A DNA stretch of 64,000 bases from Octopus sinensis (lineage: Eukaryota). The translations under genes and the position numbers were made by a program. The stretch is from positions 25,296,001-25,360,000 of the forward strand of contig NC_043010.1 of the NCBI RefSeq assembly GCF_006345805.1. The letters are read 5' to 3'. Below are positions 23,066 to 35,841 of the stretch, one piece after another. How positions within the stretch are numbered: the first letter of the stretch is position 1; each line of letters opens with the position of its first letter. The notes under the pieces were generated by a model, which saw nothing but the letters and a program-made list of their open reading frames with translations, was not told the DNA's origin and ran no database searches.

Positions 23066-24943
23066 CAACCCTTTCTACTATAGGCACAAGGCCTGAAATT
23101 TTGAGGGATGGGGCTAGTCGATTGCATTGATCCCAGTGTATAACTGGTACTTATTTCATTGACCCTGAAAGGATGAAAGGCAAAGTTGACCTTGATGGCA
23201 TTTGAACTTAGAACATAGCGATAGACAAAATACCGGTAAGCATTTCACCTGCCATGCTAACCAATCTGTGAGCTCACTAATAATTATAACGAGCAGACTG
23301 TTCCGTTGATCAGGTAAACAGGAATCTCATCATTGTAACCAATGGAGTACCATTTTTTAAAAAGAGTGAAAGGAAAGGAAATGTTCCATATTGTAAGGCC
23401 AAATGTCATGTGCTTAGTATAAGCAATGAAAGCTAAATCTTTTTAAGAGATGCATAGATTTTAGAACTTACTGCTTTGCTTGTTGCAGTATCAGCAGCTG
23501 AATGTTACTTACTCTTCTATATATTGCAAGACAGGGCAAACAACTGCCATCTCTAGCAGACAGGTGTTCAGTACTGCAGGCTAGTCTACTTGTCCTGTCA
23601 AATTGCTTGATGGTAGGGGTTCACTCCCCTGCTCACAGTATATCAGACACAGGTTGTGTCGTTAACCAGCTGGAGGTGTTCTCCTGCAGTTAAAAAAGAG
23701 TAGTAACATTGTTCTGTACAGAACAGCCATGTTCAAGTGGCAACAAACATTATTTTTCAGTAGAGTTACTACTTGCATCTCTTATAGAGATCTTAGAACT
23801 GGCTGCTTTGCTTAATAATAATGATTTCTATCTTTAGCACAAAACCACCTGTTTTTTTAATGTGAAGCAGTATAGTGATTTAAATGAAACCTCATATTTA
23901 TCTCAAAGAAATGGAAGGTAAATAATCGGTCTGAAATCAGAACATAGATTTATCTGGTACTTTACCATTCACTGCTTGAATAATAATTTATACTGGCTGA
24001 AACTAGTAAAAGAATAAGACGAAAATGAAGGAATAAATTATATTTTTTTATTTTGAGAATGGTATGAGCTCAATTCTGCTGAGTTCTTAGCTTTTTGTCC
24101 TTTCAGGGTCGACTTTGCCTTTCATCTTTTTGAGGTCAATGAAATAAGTACCATTTGAGTACTGGGGCTGATTTAATCAACGAGATCTTTCCTCAAAATT
24201 TTAGGCCTTTACCTATAATAGGACTATGAGAATAGTGGATTAGTAGAATGAGTGGCAAGTTGGACTTAATTACTTCACAGTATTTAGTTATATTCCAAGT
24301 TCAAGTCCTCACATTACATTTTATTGCATTTTAGCTTTCCAGGGTTGATAAAATAAATATCAGTCAAGTACTGGGCTAAATATAATTGGCTGTACCCCTT
24401 TTCTGAAATGTATGGCCTTGTGCTTATGTTAGAAATTATTGTTATAGAAGGTGGCAGGATATGATGGAAGAAATGAATTGATAAGCTTCCTGACTAATGT
24501 CTCTCAGTATTGAGTTCCGTCTCTTAATGTTCTGGTTCTTGATCCCACTCTTTCTGTTTTCTTAATGATCCTTTTAGGGACTAATGAAATGAGGACAAAA
24601 AATAAACTATGCTCTAGAGATCAAGGTTCAATAAAATAATTAAATTGGGGTTAATTCAATTGATATATTACTCATTCCTCTTCCAAAGATTGTTTTGACA
24701 CTTAGGAAGAAATCAACAGCCCTTTATATTTTGAGTTCAAATTCCACTCAACTTTGCTTTTCACTGTTTCAAGGAGTCAATGAAATAAAGCTATAGAAAA
24801 GTATAGGGGGCAATTTAATGGACTATAATTGAATAGACTATTCCCCAAATTCAAAGTCTTTATTAAAGAATCACTATTATATATGAACAACTATTTACAT
24901 TTATTTATTTTTTTTGTTTTTGTTTTTCTTTCTCCCTTTTCAG

Positions 24944-24988
24944 AGTGGCCGAACAGCATATGAGATGGCTGTTTCCCTTGAAAAAAGA
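24944..24988 (+). CDS. FANK1: FANK1 exon (SGRTAYEMAVSLEKR)
   Basis: Long polypyrimidine tract + cag|, donor |gtgagt, 45 nt, phase 0/0. Resembles human FGKGVLEMARVFDRQ. Confidence 0.88.
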
Positions 24989-25976
24989 GTGAGTAGCTTC
25001 ACCATTGAAGTTAATTCTTTATCTCTTCCTCTAACTTTGTCACATCTGTCTTCTTTTACTTCTACTAGCCCTATTCTGATCTAATTAAGCAGCTCCTAAA
25101 ATATGAATTTTTTGGAACCAGGAAGAATTAAAGGCCAAGTTGACCTCAATGGGATTTGAACTCATAGCATGAAAAACTGGAATATTATTGCCAGGCATTT
25201 TGTTAGATGTTTTAATGATCTTATCAATCCACTGTGTGATTAGGTAGGTAGGTACATAGGTAGGTTGGTAGGAAGGTAGGTAGCTAGGTAGGTAGATAAG
25301 TAATTAGGTATGTAGACAAGTGGCTAATACATAGACAGATGACGGCCTGGCAGGAACATCACTTTGACAAGACATGGTTCTTCTATCCACAAGCACAAAG
25401 ATTATTATTGTGACTGATTTTACTGTGCTTTGGGAGGACAGACATTTCTCAGCAACTGAAGAAATTCTAACACCAGGACTTTGTTGATGAAGCAATTGTC
25501 AAAGGATGGCATTCAGCCTCAGTCCCCACTGAAGTCAGCTGCCATGGGTTTCCAGCAAGATCAGCGCACTGTTTCATGCAGAAGATTGGTTTGGAACTCA
25601 AACGTCAGAAGAAAGCCTCAGAGGAGATAATCTTGGCAGCAGAGATCACCTCAATGTGGTTGAAGTTGAGAAAAGACTGCAGATAGGGCCCTTCTGTAGG
25701 TAAAAACTAGTTCAGCCTTCATTACCTCCACTCAGGAGATGTATACAGAATAAGGGGTGAAACATTTGTGACCCTGAGATACCTGCTGAAGGTACAGAAG
25801 GGTTTCAAACAATATGATAGCTTTAATCATTGTCAACAAAAGGACTTGCAGCCTCTTTAAGTTGCTCCTGAAATTTCTACTTAGGGAAAATTATCTCTGA
25901 TCTATATATTCATCATCGTTGTCACCATCATCATTATCAGCATTGCCACCATCATCATCACCACCACCATCCACCA

Positions 25977-26007
<31 letters not shown>

Positions 26008-26974
26008 TTATTGTTTTAACATTTACTTTTCCATGCTTGCATGGATCAGATAAGAGTACATTGTGGTAGAGTTTTTCTATGAACAGATGCCCTTCCTGTT
26101 GCAATTCCCCCTTTGTTTTCAAGCAGGATGAGAATCACTCAGTCCATCAAACAACAGACAGCCCGGACACAATCTCTTGGTGGACTGCAAGCCAATGACA
26201 CTGTCAGGAAGTCATTGTTTACAAACACGAGGGAAATATGAAGTCACTTATACAAACACAATCACATACACACACACACATGTATAACAAGCTTCTTCAG
26301 CTGCCATTTACCAAGATCTATACTCAAGGCTTTAGTCAACCCATGGTCATCTGTAGAAGACACTAGCCAAAGGTTCCATTGCAACTTCTTGACCACACAG
26401 TCATACAGGTGTATCGAAAGCAAATACAGCAGGGCCTCATATGTAATGTAGTGTGCTGAAAAACTTTGACTAACTGAGACTATGAAATTAGTAGACAATA
26501 GATATGTGAGACCTTACCACATTTATATTTTCACTTAGTGCTCTTCTATTTCTGTCTCACATTCACATTGTACTTGCACCCCACTCTTCTCTCTCTTTCT
26601 CTTCTTCACTTCCAGGTCAGCAAGCCATGTATTCACCTCTTTGGCAAGACCCCTGTTACTCTCCCTCTGTCATATGTTATTTCTCCAGTCTAGATCCTGC
26701 TCAGTTGAAGGCATTTGGCAATCTCACTGGTGCTGGTGCCATGTAAAAAAGCACCCAGTACACTCTGTTAAGTAGTTGGCATTAGGAAGGGTGTCCAGCC
26801 ATAGAAAACCATGTCAAAGTTGACATAAAATGTAGCAGAGCTCTCTGGCCCGTCTCTTCTTGTTGAAGTATCCAATTCATGCCAACACGAAAACAGGGAA
26901 GTGAATTGAAGATGATGAAGATATGTATAGCATTCTCCTGAGGTTCTTTCTCAGTTATAATGTTTTATATCCAA

Positions 26975-27352
26975 CTAGCAGTATTGCCCGGCATTGCTTG
27001 GGTTTGTAAGGGAAATAACTATATAAGCATTTTTAGAAAGTTATAGCCAAAAAATGCATTAAAAATGGAAAAAAAATGATGGTAAATTTTTATAAAAATC
27101 GTTGACTCATCGTAGACATTTTTAGAGAGTTACTTCCCTTATATAATAGCGAAAAAATGCATTAAAATGGAAAAAAATTATGGTAAATTTTTGTTTAAAT
27201 CGTAGACTCATCGTAGACACGCGCTAATACCCAGAAGGGCTCGATATGAATCACGACTATAAGTTTGGTTAAACTGCACCGCAAAATGTGGGAGTAGTTA
27301 GGAATCTAAATCGTAGGAGACAGACACACAACTTCACTTTTATATATAAAGA
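26975..27352 (-). mobile_element. Non-autonomous Helitron
   Basis: Minus strand begins A|TCTTTATATATAAAAG and ends with a GC hairpin (CCCAAGCAATGCCGGG) then CTAG|T; internal ~100-bp tandem duplication. Confidence 0.8.
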
Positions 27353-28749
27353 TGAGACAAAACTAAATCAGTTAGGTGCCTTGTTCAGAGGGCACAACAC
27401 AATAGTTGTAGTAATGACCATGACTATGTGGCTAACATTTCAATATTTTAACTTCATAGCCTGATATTGTGCCCAACAGTTAGCAGTGGAAATGTCATTT
27501 TATGTCTGCTTTCCATGCTGCCATGGGTCAGAAGATTTTTTACAGTCTGAGTCAATAGTTATTTGAGGTTATTGCTTTCCTAGGCAGGTAAAAGGACTAT
27601 TGTTGTTGGATTGACAAAATCCTTAGAGCATCCAGACAAAATGCTTTGCAGTATTTAGTTACAGCCCTTCACATTCTAAGTTCAAATCCCACTTAGTAAT
27701 TACTTTGCTCTCCTTCCTTCCAAGATCAGTAAAATAAAGAATCAGTCAAATACTGTGGTTTATTTAACTGATTGTTCCCTCCTCCAAAATGTGTGATATT
27801 AAATCAGTGTTAGAAATCAATACATAAAGATGTTTGGACATGTATTTTAAGGCCTGTGTATATTTGAATGGACAGCAGCAACTGGCTAGTACTCATCACA
27901 TATATGGTGGTCTTTCATTGCAATATGATTGAATCCCGTTATCCAGCCAATTTCATGATAATTTATTGAAAAATGTTACTAATATCTATAAGACAGCTAT
28001 TTGAACTTAGCATGGCATGTTAGCAAAATCAAATTGTTGATGTTCAACACTGAATTAGTTCAACACTTAATAACAGCAAAGATGTCTACGTATACATATC
28101 TATTTACTTTTAGGTAGGCTGCTGCAGTAAGAACTGAGTGTTTTGAGCATGAACATCAAGCAACTAATTGAGAGGCTGGCAGTTCATATCCTATCACAGG
28201 CAAAGTGTTATATTTTCAATCAAGGCACTTAACTTACAAATGATTCGGTCTGTCATTTTTTTTTTCCATCTTTTAATTAGGTGATAATGCAGTACTCATA
28301 ACTAGTTACAAGGTCATTGAGAAGGAAGGAGAAACACATCTTCAAATTGAAAATCTGGCCTAAAAGCTTTCAAAACCACTAAAGACATTTAAAGTGCCAG
28401 GTGGTGCTGTTAAACTGGGCACGTAGGCCATGGTAGGATTTGAACTCAGAATGCAAAGACCTGGAACAAACACTGCAAAGTATCTGGTCCAACATTCTTA
28501 CTGTTCTACCAATCCACCACTTTGGACTCTAACATTTTTATTGACCCCAAAAGAGTTGGAAAGTGATCTTGCTAACTTCTTAACTAGACAGCAAAGCTTG
28601 TCTCTTGTGAGTGAAACTAGATAGACAGAGATTCTGAATTACAGGTGCACACGAAACAGTTAACCTTGTCTGGCTCTGACTTACTGAGTCTGCCTGCAGA
28701 TTACTGTGTTAAGGAATACTCAACTATTTTCACTATAGAGTTCTATATT

Positions 28750-29085
28750 TAAGAGATGAGGAATTATGTACATTATTTATATTATTTACATTTGAACCAG
28801 TATTAAGGAAGGATAGGAGAATATTAGATTTATAAGCCCTAAAATTCACTCCATAATTGCCCATGAACATATGGCATAGTGGTTAAGAGTACAGGCTACT
28901 AACCCCAAGATTCTGAGTTCGATTCCAGGCAGTGACCTGAATAATAATAATGATAACATCAAAAAATACCACGTTTGAAATTTCCCCAAAACACCTGATG
29001 AAGGCTGGAGAGTATATTAGCCAAACCATTGTGTTAACAACAAACAAGATGAGGACAAATATCCATCAAATGTAAATAATGTATT
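28750..29085 (+). mobile_element. Composite short element: tRNA-like head + degenerate hammerhead + terminal inverted segment
   Basis: A box TGGCATAGTGG at 28872-28882, B box GAGTTCGATTCC at 28915-28926, CTGATGA at 28995, 15-bp inverted repeat at 28781-28795/29066-29080. Confidence 0.65.
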
Positions 29086-29986
29086 TTCACTGTAACTGAG
29101 CAAGTAGGTACTTCCATTGAGAAAACAAGTGAAATATTCACCTTGAAAGTGATATAAAATCCATATCATCATCATCTAATGTCTACTTTTCAATGCTTGC
29201 ATAGGTTGGACAGAGTAGATTTTCTAGAGCTGTGCTCTTCCTGTCACCAACCACTACTTTTTCCAAGAAAGCTAATATTTCCCCATTGTCAGACATATTT
29301 TCACAGAATATTGGAAATGAATGACCCTGTGTGTTTGACAGTGAGATTCATCTACAACTATCGAGATATCAAGACAAAGCAACACAAACACACACACATG
29401 GGCTTCTTTCAGTTTCAATCTAGCAAATCCATTCACACAAGGCTTTGATTGGCCTTGGGTTGCTCATGGTGTCACACATTGTGACTGAATCTGTGATCTT
29501 GTGGTTGGGAAGCAAATTTCTTAATCACACTGCTGTGTCTAATATAAGTTTCCAACGTTGGCACAATGCAGCAGATTATACGAAGAGCACAGTGAGTTGA
29601 ATTGATCTCTAATAGCATTGCTATTATTTAGTACCAGGTCAGCCCAGATTGAGCAAATGCCCAATGAAAGACATTTCAGTTGTAACTAGCACAACATTCC
29701 TAAATTCACATTATCAATATGTCTTTGTCTTTTAAGATGGCAGAGTATGCTTTTAGAAGGAATTTGGCTGGTATTTTTAGCATATTGAGCAACCACTTAC
29801 AGACTACACCTTATTGATTCAGGAGTCCTCAGAATATGTTGATAAATATTTATGCCCTTTATTAAATGACTTCTTTTCTTACCTTCACAGACTTCTAATA
29901 GTTTCCTCTGATTCTAGTTTTATTTCATGTTCATTTGTTAGTATTTGTTTGGTTTAGATGACATGTTTTTCATCTTTATTTGCCAG

Positions 29987-30049
29987 GCAATACAAAAGAT
30001 AATGAACCCACATGATTCAGTAGAAGCAAAGAGAGATAGCTTTTCATAA
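29987..30049 (+). CDS. FANK1: Probable FANK1 terminal coding exon (AIQKIMNPHDSVEAKRDSFS*)
   Basis: Good acceptor tttttcatctttatttgccag|, phase 0 matches the previous exon and the length fits the short FANK1 tail; sequence similarity is weak. Confidence 0.55.
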   Translation, partial: AIQKIMNPHDSVEAKRDSFS

Positions 30050-31455
30050 CCTACAGAAACTAGGTATGTGTCTGATATTTGTATACCTACTAACACCTTT
30101 TATTTCCCTCATCACATCTATGTTTAACATCCAATTTCCATGGCATGGGGTGGACGGTTTGACCGAGGACTGGCAAGCCAGAAGGCTGCACCAGGCTCCA
30201 ATCTGATTTGGCAAAGTTTCTACAGCTGGATGCCCTTCCTAACGTCAACCACTCTGAGAGTGTAGTGGGTGCTTTTATGTGCCACCCGCACGAGAGCCAG
30301 TCAGGCAGTTCTGGCAACAGCTACACTCAAAAGGTGTTTTTTATGTGCTACCTGCACGGGAGCCAATCTGTGGCCCTGGCAACAATCATGCTTGGATGTG
30401 CTTTTAACGTTCCACTGGCACGAGTGCCAATCAGGCAGTACTGTCATCAGCCACGTCAGTGATTTTGATTTTGATTTCACTTGCCTCAGTAGGTCTTCGC
30501 AAGTAAATTTTATTGTCCAATGAGTGAGGGGTACACATAAGTGGGCTGGTAACACCCCACGCTCAGATGTGCTTTTAACGTTCAACTGGCACAAGTGCCA
30601 ATTAGGCAGTACTGTCATCGGCCATGTCAGCAAGTTTGATTTTGATTTTGATTTCACTTGCATAGGCCACAGGCTATGGTCTTACCTGGCTTGTCAGGTC
30701 TTCTCAAGCACAATATCTCCAAAGGTCTCAGTCACTTGTCATTGCCTCGGTAAGGCCCAAATATTGTAAAATTTAAAATTTTACAATCTTAAGGCAGAAA
30801 TATATATATGTCACTAAAGTGAGTAAAGGGCACTAGTCAGCACCAGTATTGCTAGAAATAAGAGTCAAAACACCTCAATAGCTACAGAATCATTATCTTA
30901 ATGAACTAACAAAGGAGACAAACTTCCTATGGTTACAGATACAGCCAGATCATTGATAATTTTGCATTTTGATGCTTAATGCATCTTAATGTTCATCAGT
31001 GGCTTTCACTGTGCCTAGGGTTAAATTCATCTGCGACCATAGGGAGCTTGATTAGTGCTTTATATATGTTACTTTGGTGACATATATATTTCTGCCTTTA
31101 GGTTGTAAAATTGCAAATTAGCCACCCAGATTATTCATAATTTTCACTTTTGCCCTGTATGAAATCAGAGTGTGATTTCAATGGAAATCTTATAAGCTGA
31201 TAAGGTGAGATGAGTTTAACCCTAGGTGCAATGAGAGCCACTGATGAGCATTAAGATGTGTTAAACATCAAAATGTGAAATCATCGGTGATCTGGTTATA
31301 TCTGCAACTGTAGAGAGCGTGTTTCCCTTGTCAATTCATTAAGTTAATGCTTCTGTGGCTATTGAGTTCTTTTGACTCTTATTTCTAGCAATATTGGTGC
31401 TGATTAGTACCCTTTGTTCACTTTACTGATGTATATATATGTGTGTGTGTGTGTG

Positions 31456-31957
31456 TGGTCAGCCTGTAATGATATGCATAAGATCAGGTCATCAAATCTA
31501 AGTAGAGACTTCAAACTTAAAATCTTCAAAGCCACAGTCGAACCAATTCTACTATATGGCTCAGAAACCTGGACGTTATCAAAGAAGCTTGAGAGGCGGT
31601 TGGATGGAACCTATACTCGCCTCCTTATGAGAGCTCAAAATCTCTTGTGGAAGCGTCATCCAACCAAAATGCAAATATATGGGAAACTACCACCTGTGTC
31701 ATCTCTTGTGAAAGGTAGGAGAGTCCAGTTTGATGGACATTGTTGTAGAGCTGAAAACGAGCAATTTCTACTCTTCTCCTCTAGAAGCCATCTACTCATG
31801 ATACCTGAGGGCGCACACTCTCCTACCCTGATGTAATCTCCAGGGATACAGGCATCTAGCAACAGGACCTCCGTAATGCTATGATGGACCGTGAAGTCTG
31901 GCGTAGCATGGTAAATTCCATTGTCTCGACCACGGTCGAACAATGATGATGATGATG
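31456..31957 (+). mobile_element. 5'-truncated RTE-clade LINE 3' end with (GAT)n tail
   Basis: KLKIFKATVEPILLYGSETWTL...RRVQF.GHC.R...DREVWR; frameshifted. Confidence 0.85.
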
Positions 31958-32145
31958 TGTGTGTGTATGTGTGTGCATGTGTGTAGTTGAAATTTATAGA
32001 AAAGCAAAAGACAAAGGCAGGTGTATGAACAAGCAGGTATATTAGTTTGATGCTCGGGAAAGTGAAAAAGTCTTTTACATTTCAAGCCTACACTCTTCAA
32101 CAGAAAAGAATAAGAGAAAATAAACAGAGAGAATAAAAAAAAACT

Positions 32146-33363
32146 TTGGGTTGGGAAGAAGGTAATTTCAGTTTTTTTGTGTGAAATAAAAGTCATTTTT
32201 TTTCATACAAAGAATGAACTTTAATCAGTTATATATTTTCCATTTTGTTTGATGACCTTTTGCCATCTTTCTGGCAACTTCATGATTACACGCTCATAGA
32301 ACTTCTGGTCCTTATCAGCCAAAAACTGAAGCAAGTGTGATTTCAGATCATCATAGTTATTGAAAGTTTTACCATTCAAAGAATTTTGCAAACTTTGAAA
32401 TAAATAATAATCTGATTTTGCAAGGTCAGGGTTATATGGTGGATGTGACATCACTTTCTAACCAAGCTCCAATAATTTTTCATGAGTTAGCAAAGATGTG
32501 TGTGGTCAAGCATTGTCATGGTGGAACGTGATTCCTTTATGATTTGCCAATCCTGGCTGTTTTTCTTTGATTGCTTCCTCCAGTTTCATTAGTTGTTGAC
32601 AGTAAGCATCTGCATTGATCGTTTGGTTCCTTGGAAGCAGCTCAAAATACACAACAGCTTTGAATTCCACCAAATTGACAGCATGACCTTTATTGATGCA
32701 TTTCAGCTTTCAATATGGTTTGTGTTGGTTCATTATGCTTGGACAATGATTGTTATTGTAGACAATCCATTTTTCATCACCACTGATGATTTGTTTCACA
32801 AAAAGTTAGATTTCATCATGTTTGACATGCTTATTGAAAATTTTGATTCATTGTGTTAAGTGAATCTCTTTCAATTTATGTGGAATCCAAATATCGAGCT
32901 TCTTAATGAGTCCAAGACATTTTGAGTGATCTTCAATTTAATTTCTCTGCAATCTCTCAGGTGGTTATTTGACAATCAGATTCAATTATGGCTTTGATTT
33001 GGTCATCATCAACTCCAGTAGGTCAACCAGAATGTTGGTCATCTTTGAGTTAAAAATTTCCAAAACGGAATTTTTTAAACCATTTCTGACATGTGCGTTC
33101 TGTTGAGCAATCAACACCATAAACTTCACATATCTCTTTGTGAGCCTCAGCAGCTTTCTTGCCTTTATGGAGATAAAAAAAAAAATACATGTTTGTTTTT
33201 GCACTCCATGTTAAAATTGACACTGAACTAACAGCTTCTAAACTAAACTAAAAGTGACGGTTATCAAATGTCAAAAGGAAAAAAATCATAACATTGACAA
33301 AAGGCATTCCCAAAAATCGTAACTCAATCTATTTGTGAAAAACGAAATTACGTTCTTGTTAAC

Positions 33364-33367
<4 letters not shown>
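32146..33367 (-). mobile_element. Decayed full-length mariner (DD34D-type) element
   Basis: Fragments KGKKAAEAHKEICEVYG, SGRP, HDNA-region, HPPYNPDLAKSDYYLF...LPERWQKVI; imperfect ~28-bp TIRs ttgggtt..aagaa.gtaatttc; right end in (TA)n. Confidence 0.85.

Positions 33368-33430
<63 letters not shown>
33368..33430. repeat. (TA)n microsatellite
   Basis: Direct inspection. Confidence 0.95.
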
Positions 33431-33434
<4 letters not shown>

Positions 33435-34691
33435 AAATATTAGGGAATAAATCCAAACTTACAGGGAAAAATCAGATTTAGGATTAAATCCAATTTTATA
33501 GTATAAATATATTATATTATATTATAATAAATTAGAGATAAAACCACTATTAGGCAAATAAAACAATGAAAAACATAAGCCAATACATAAAATTAATTTA
33601 ATTTATATTATTTTTAAAATATATCAAAAATATTAAAAGTTTAATAAAAGATAATGAGTAAAACACTACGATCGTTTCATGGCTGTACAATTCGAATAAC
33701 AATAATTTGAATTCAATTAATAATTCGAGTTATGGTTACAGTCAATTTTCAGGTTAATTGAAATATCTAAAGAATAATCAGAAATATTTAAACAATATTT
33801 TTAAGATATAAATAATATAATAATTTTACTTATAATAAACTCTATTATCAAACTAGAAACATAACTTAACAATTATGATTATATCAAAATCAACTATAAT
33901 GTTAAATATTAATTTTAATTTATAAGGTAGGAAACCCACCAATAATCTAATATCGGTATTAATCTATATCTAATTACATAAATATTTTAAATGACTATTA
34001 TATATAAATTATCAATGAAAATATATAAATGTATATAAATATTATAATTAAGATCTAAAATAATCTCTGAATAAATATATATGCACATATAATAAAAACC
34101 TAATAAATTAATTTTTCATATTTAAAGATGAAATAGCTAATTTCAAAATACAAATAAACAAATTTAAACGAACTTTCGGAAATCTTATGTAAAATACTTA
34201 TAGAAATAATCAATTCGTAGTAATATAGTATCAAATAAATACTATAAATACTATGAATATAATTATCAATGGGAATAACTAGCAAATATCAATTTAAAAA
34301 AACAATAACTAAGTTATGCTATTAAATTAAACATGGCCTGGACCAATCTTTAGTCGAAACATATCTAAGTTTATCAAAGTTTATCTAATTTAATTATAAG
34401 AAATTTAAAACTACAATTAATACTATTAAAACATGTATATACAAAAGCCTAGCTTTATACAACTCGTATACTTGTTATCAAACAACAAATCTATCGCTAA
34501 GTAGTATTTTACGAATAAACTTAAATTTAATATCTAATAATATAGAAAATTACGATAATTAGATCATTACATAAACAACGATATTTACATAAGGAAAATA
34601 TTATTACACCAAAGACTTATACAATATTAAAATTTACAATTTGAAGATCTTAAATATAAATAAATACTTATCTTAGCGAGGTTTAGTAATG
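33431..34691 (-). mobile_element. Very AT-rich insertion, possibly a Penelope-derived non-autonomous element
   Basis: Bounded by (TA)n on the left; contains a degenerate hammerhead (33660-33755, minus); no recognisable ORF. Confidence 0.35.
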
Positions 34692-34746
34692 AACAATTTT
34701 CAGTGATTGCCCTTAACACTTGTATATATATATATATATATATACA

Positions 34747-35385
34747 CTAGCTTAAAAGTCACACTCTGTGCAGACTTTTGAGCTAGTTCCTGCAGAGAGC
34801 TAACAGGGCCTACAGCCCCAAACTAAAGAGGGAAATAATAATAAAACATTTATTGGTATCCTGTGATTTCAGATTTATCACACAGGTTATAACATTTGGA
34901 AAACTTTGTATCACCATGACATTTGGAGATCACTGTAAAGATAAACCATATTCTTGGTTTTACCATTTTGTGCAAGTATGAAGAGATTGTTGCCATTTCC
35001 AACTCTGGAACAACCATCATAGAGCTGACCATGGGAAAAACACTGCTGCATGAGGTGCAATCCAACAATTTTCAGTGATTGCCCTTAACACTTGTTAATT
35101 GACATTGCAAAACTAGCTATTACTGGAAACTGAAGTCTCTTGAATTTAAAGGGCATGTTGGCTGGAATCAGTGGAATTCTTGGAATAAACAACATTTCCT
35201 CCCTTTCCTTGTCCAGTGAGAATTGTTACTTCCAAAAGATGTGGATGCATATGCCTGACAATTAGTCTTGTTCCATTGCATAGCTTTGGTGGATCCAGAT
35301 TTCTCAAAGCATGATTGGATCTGCTTCCTTCAATGTCATTCCAGAAAAATCCAAACTCAGTTATTATAATAGAAGATGTATATAT
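34747..35385 (-). mobile_element. Helitron 3' remnant (PIF1-type helicase C-terminus + terminal hairpin/CTAG)
   Basis: LRNLDPPKLCNGTRLIV...MPFKFKRLQFPV..SFAMSINK..GQSL...FSHGQLY..CSRVG (frameshifted); hairpin 34747-34786 ends in CTAG next to (TA)n. Confidence 0.85.
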
Positions 35386-35775
35386 ATATATATTTATATA
35401 TATTGTGGTTTTGTGTCTGTTTGTTCCCCACCACTGCTTGATAACTGGTGTTGGTGTGTTTATGTTCATATAACTTAGCAATTCGGTAAAAGAGACCAAT
35501 AGAAAAAAGTACCAGGCATAAAAAAGAAACAACTGGTGTTGATTTGCTTGATTAAAATTCTTCAAGGCAGTGCTCCAGCATGATCAGTCTGATGACAGAA
35601 AAAGATAGAACAAACTCACTCAGATTACATAAATTCAAAGAATTAGACATGGGAAGGTTTGGCATTACAAGGCTGACAACTGTTTCTGGGCACTCGGAAT
35701 TACTTAATTGTTGTTAGATGTAGTTCATCAATAATTTGTAGGCAGAAGTGGAAGCAAAGAAACATTGGCAAAATC

Positions 35776-35841
35776 CAGAGCCTCCTTCAGCAGGATGGAT
35801 AGATAGACTCTTATCTAACCATCCTGTTGAAGGAGGCTGTG
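35776..35841 (+). ncRNA. Candidate pre-miRNA-like hairpin
   Basis: 28-position stem (25 Watson-Crick pairs, 2 G.U, 1 mismatch) with a 4-nt loop; no expression evidence. Confidence 0.4.
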
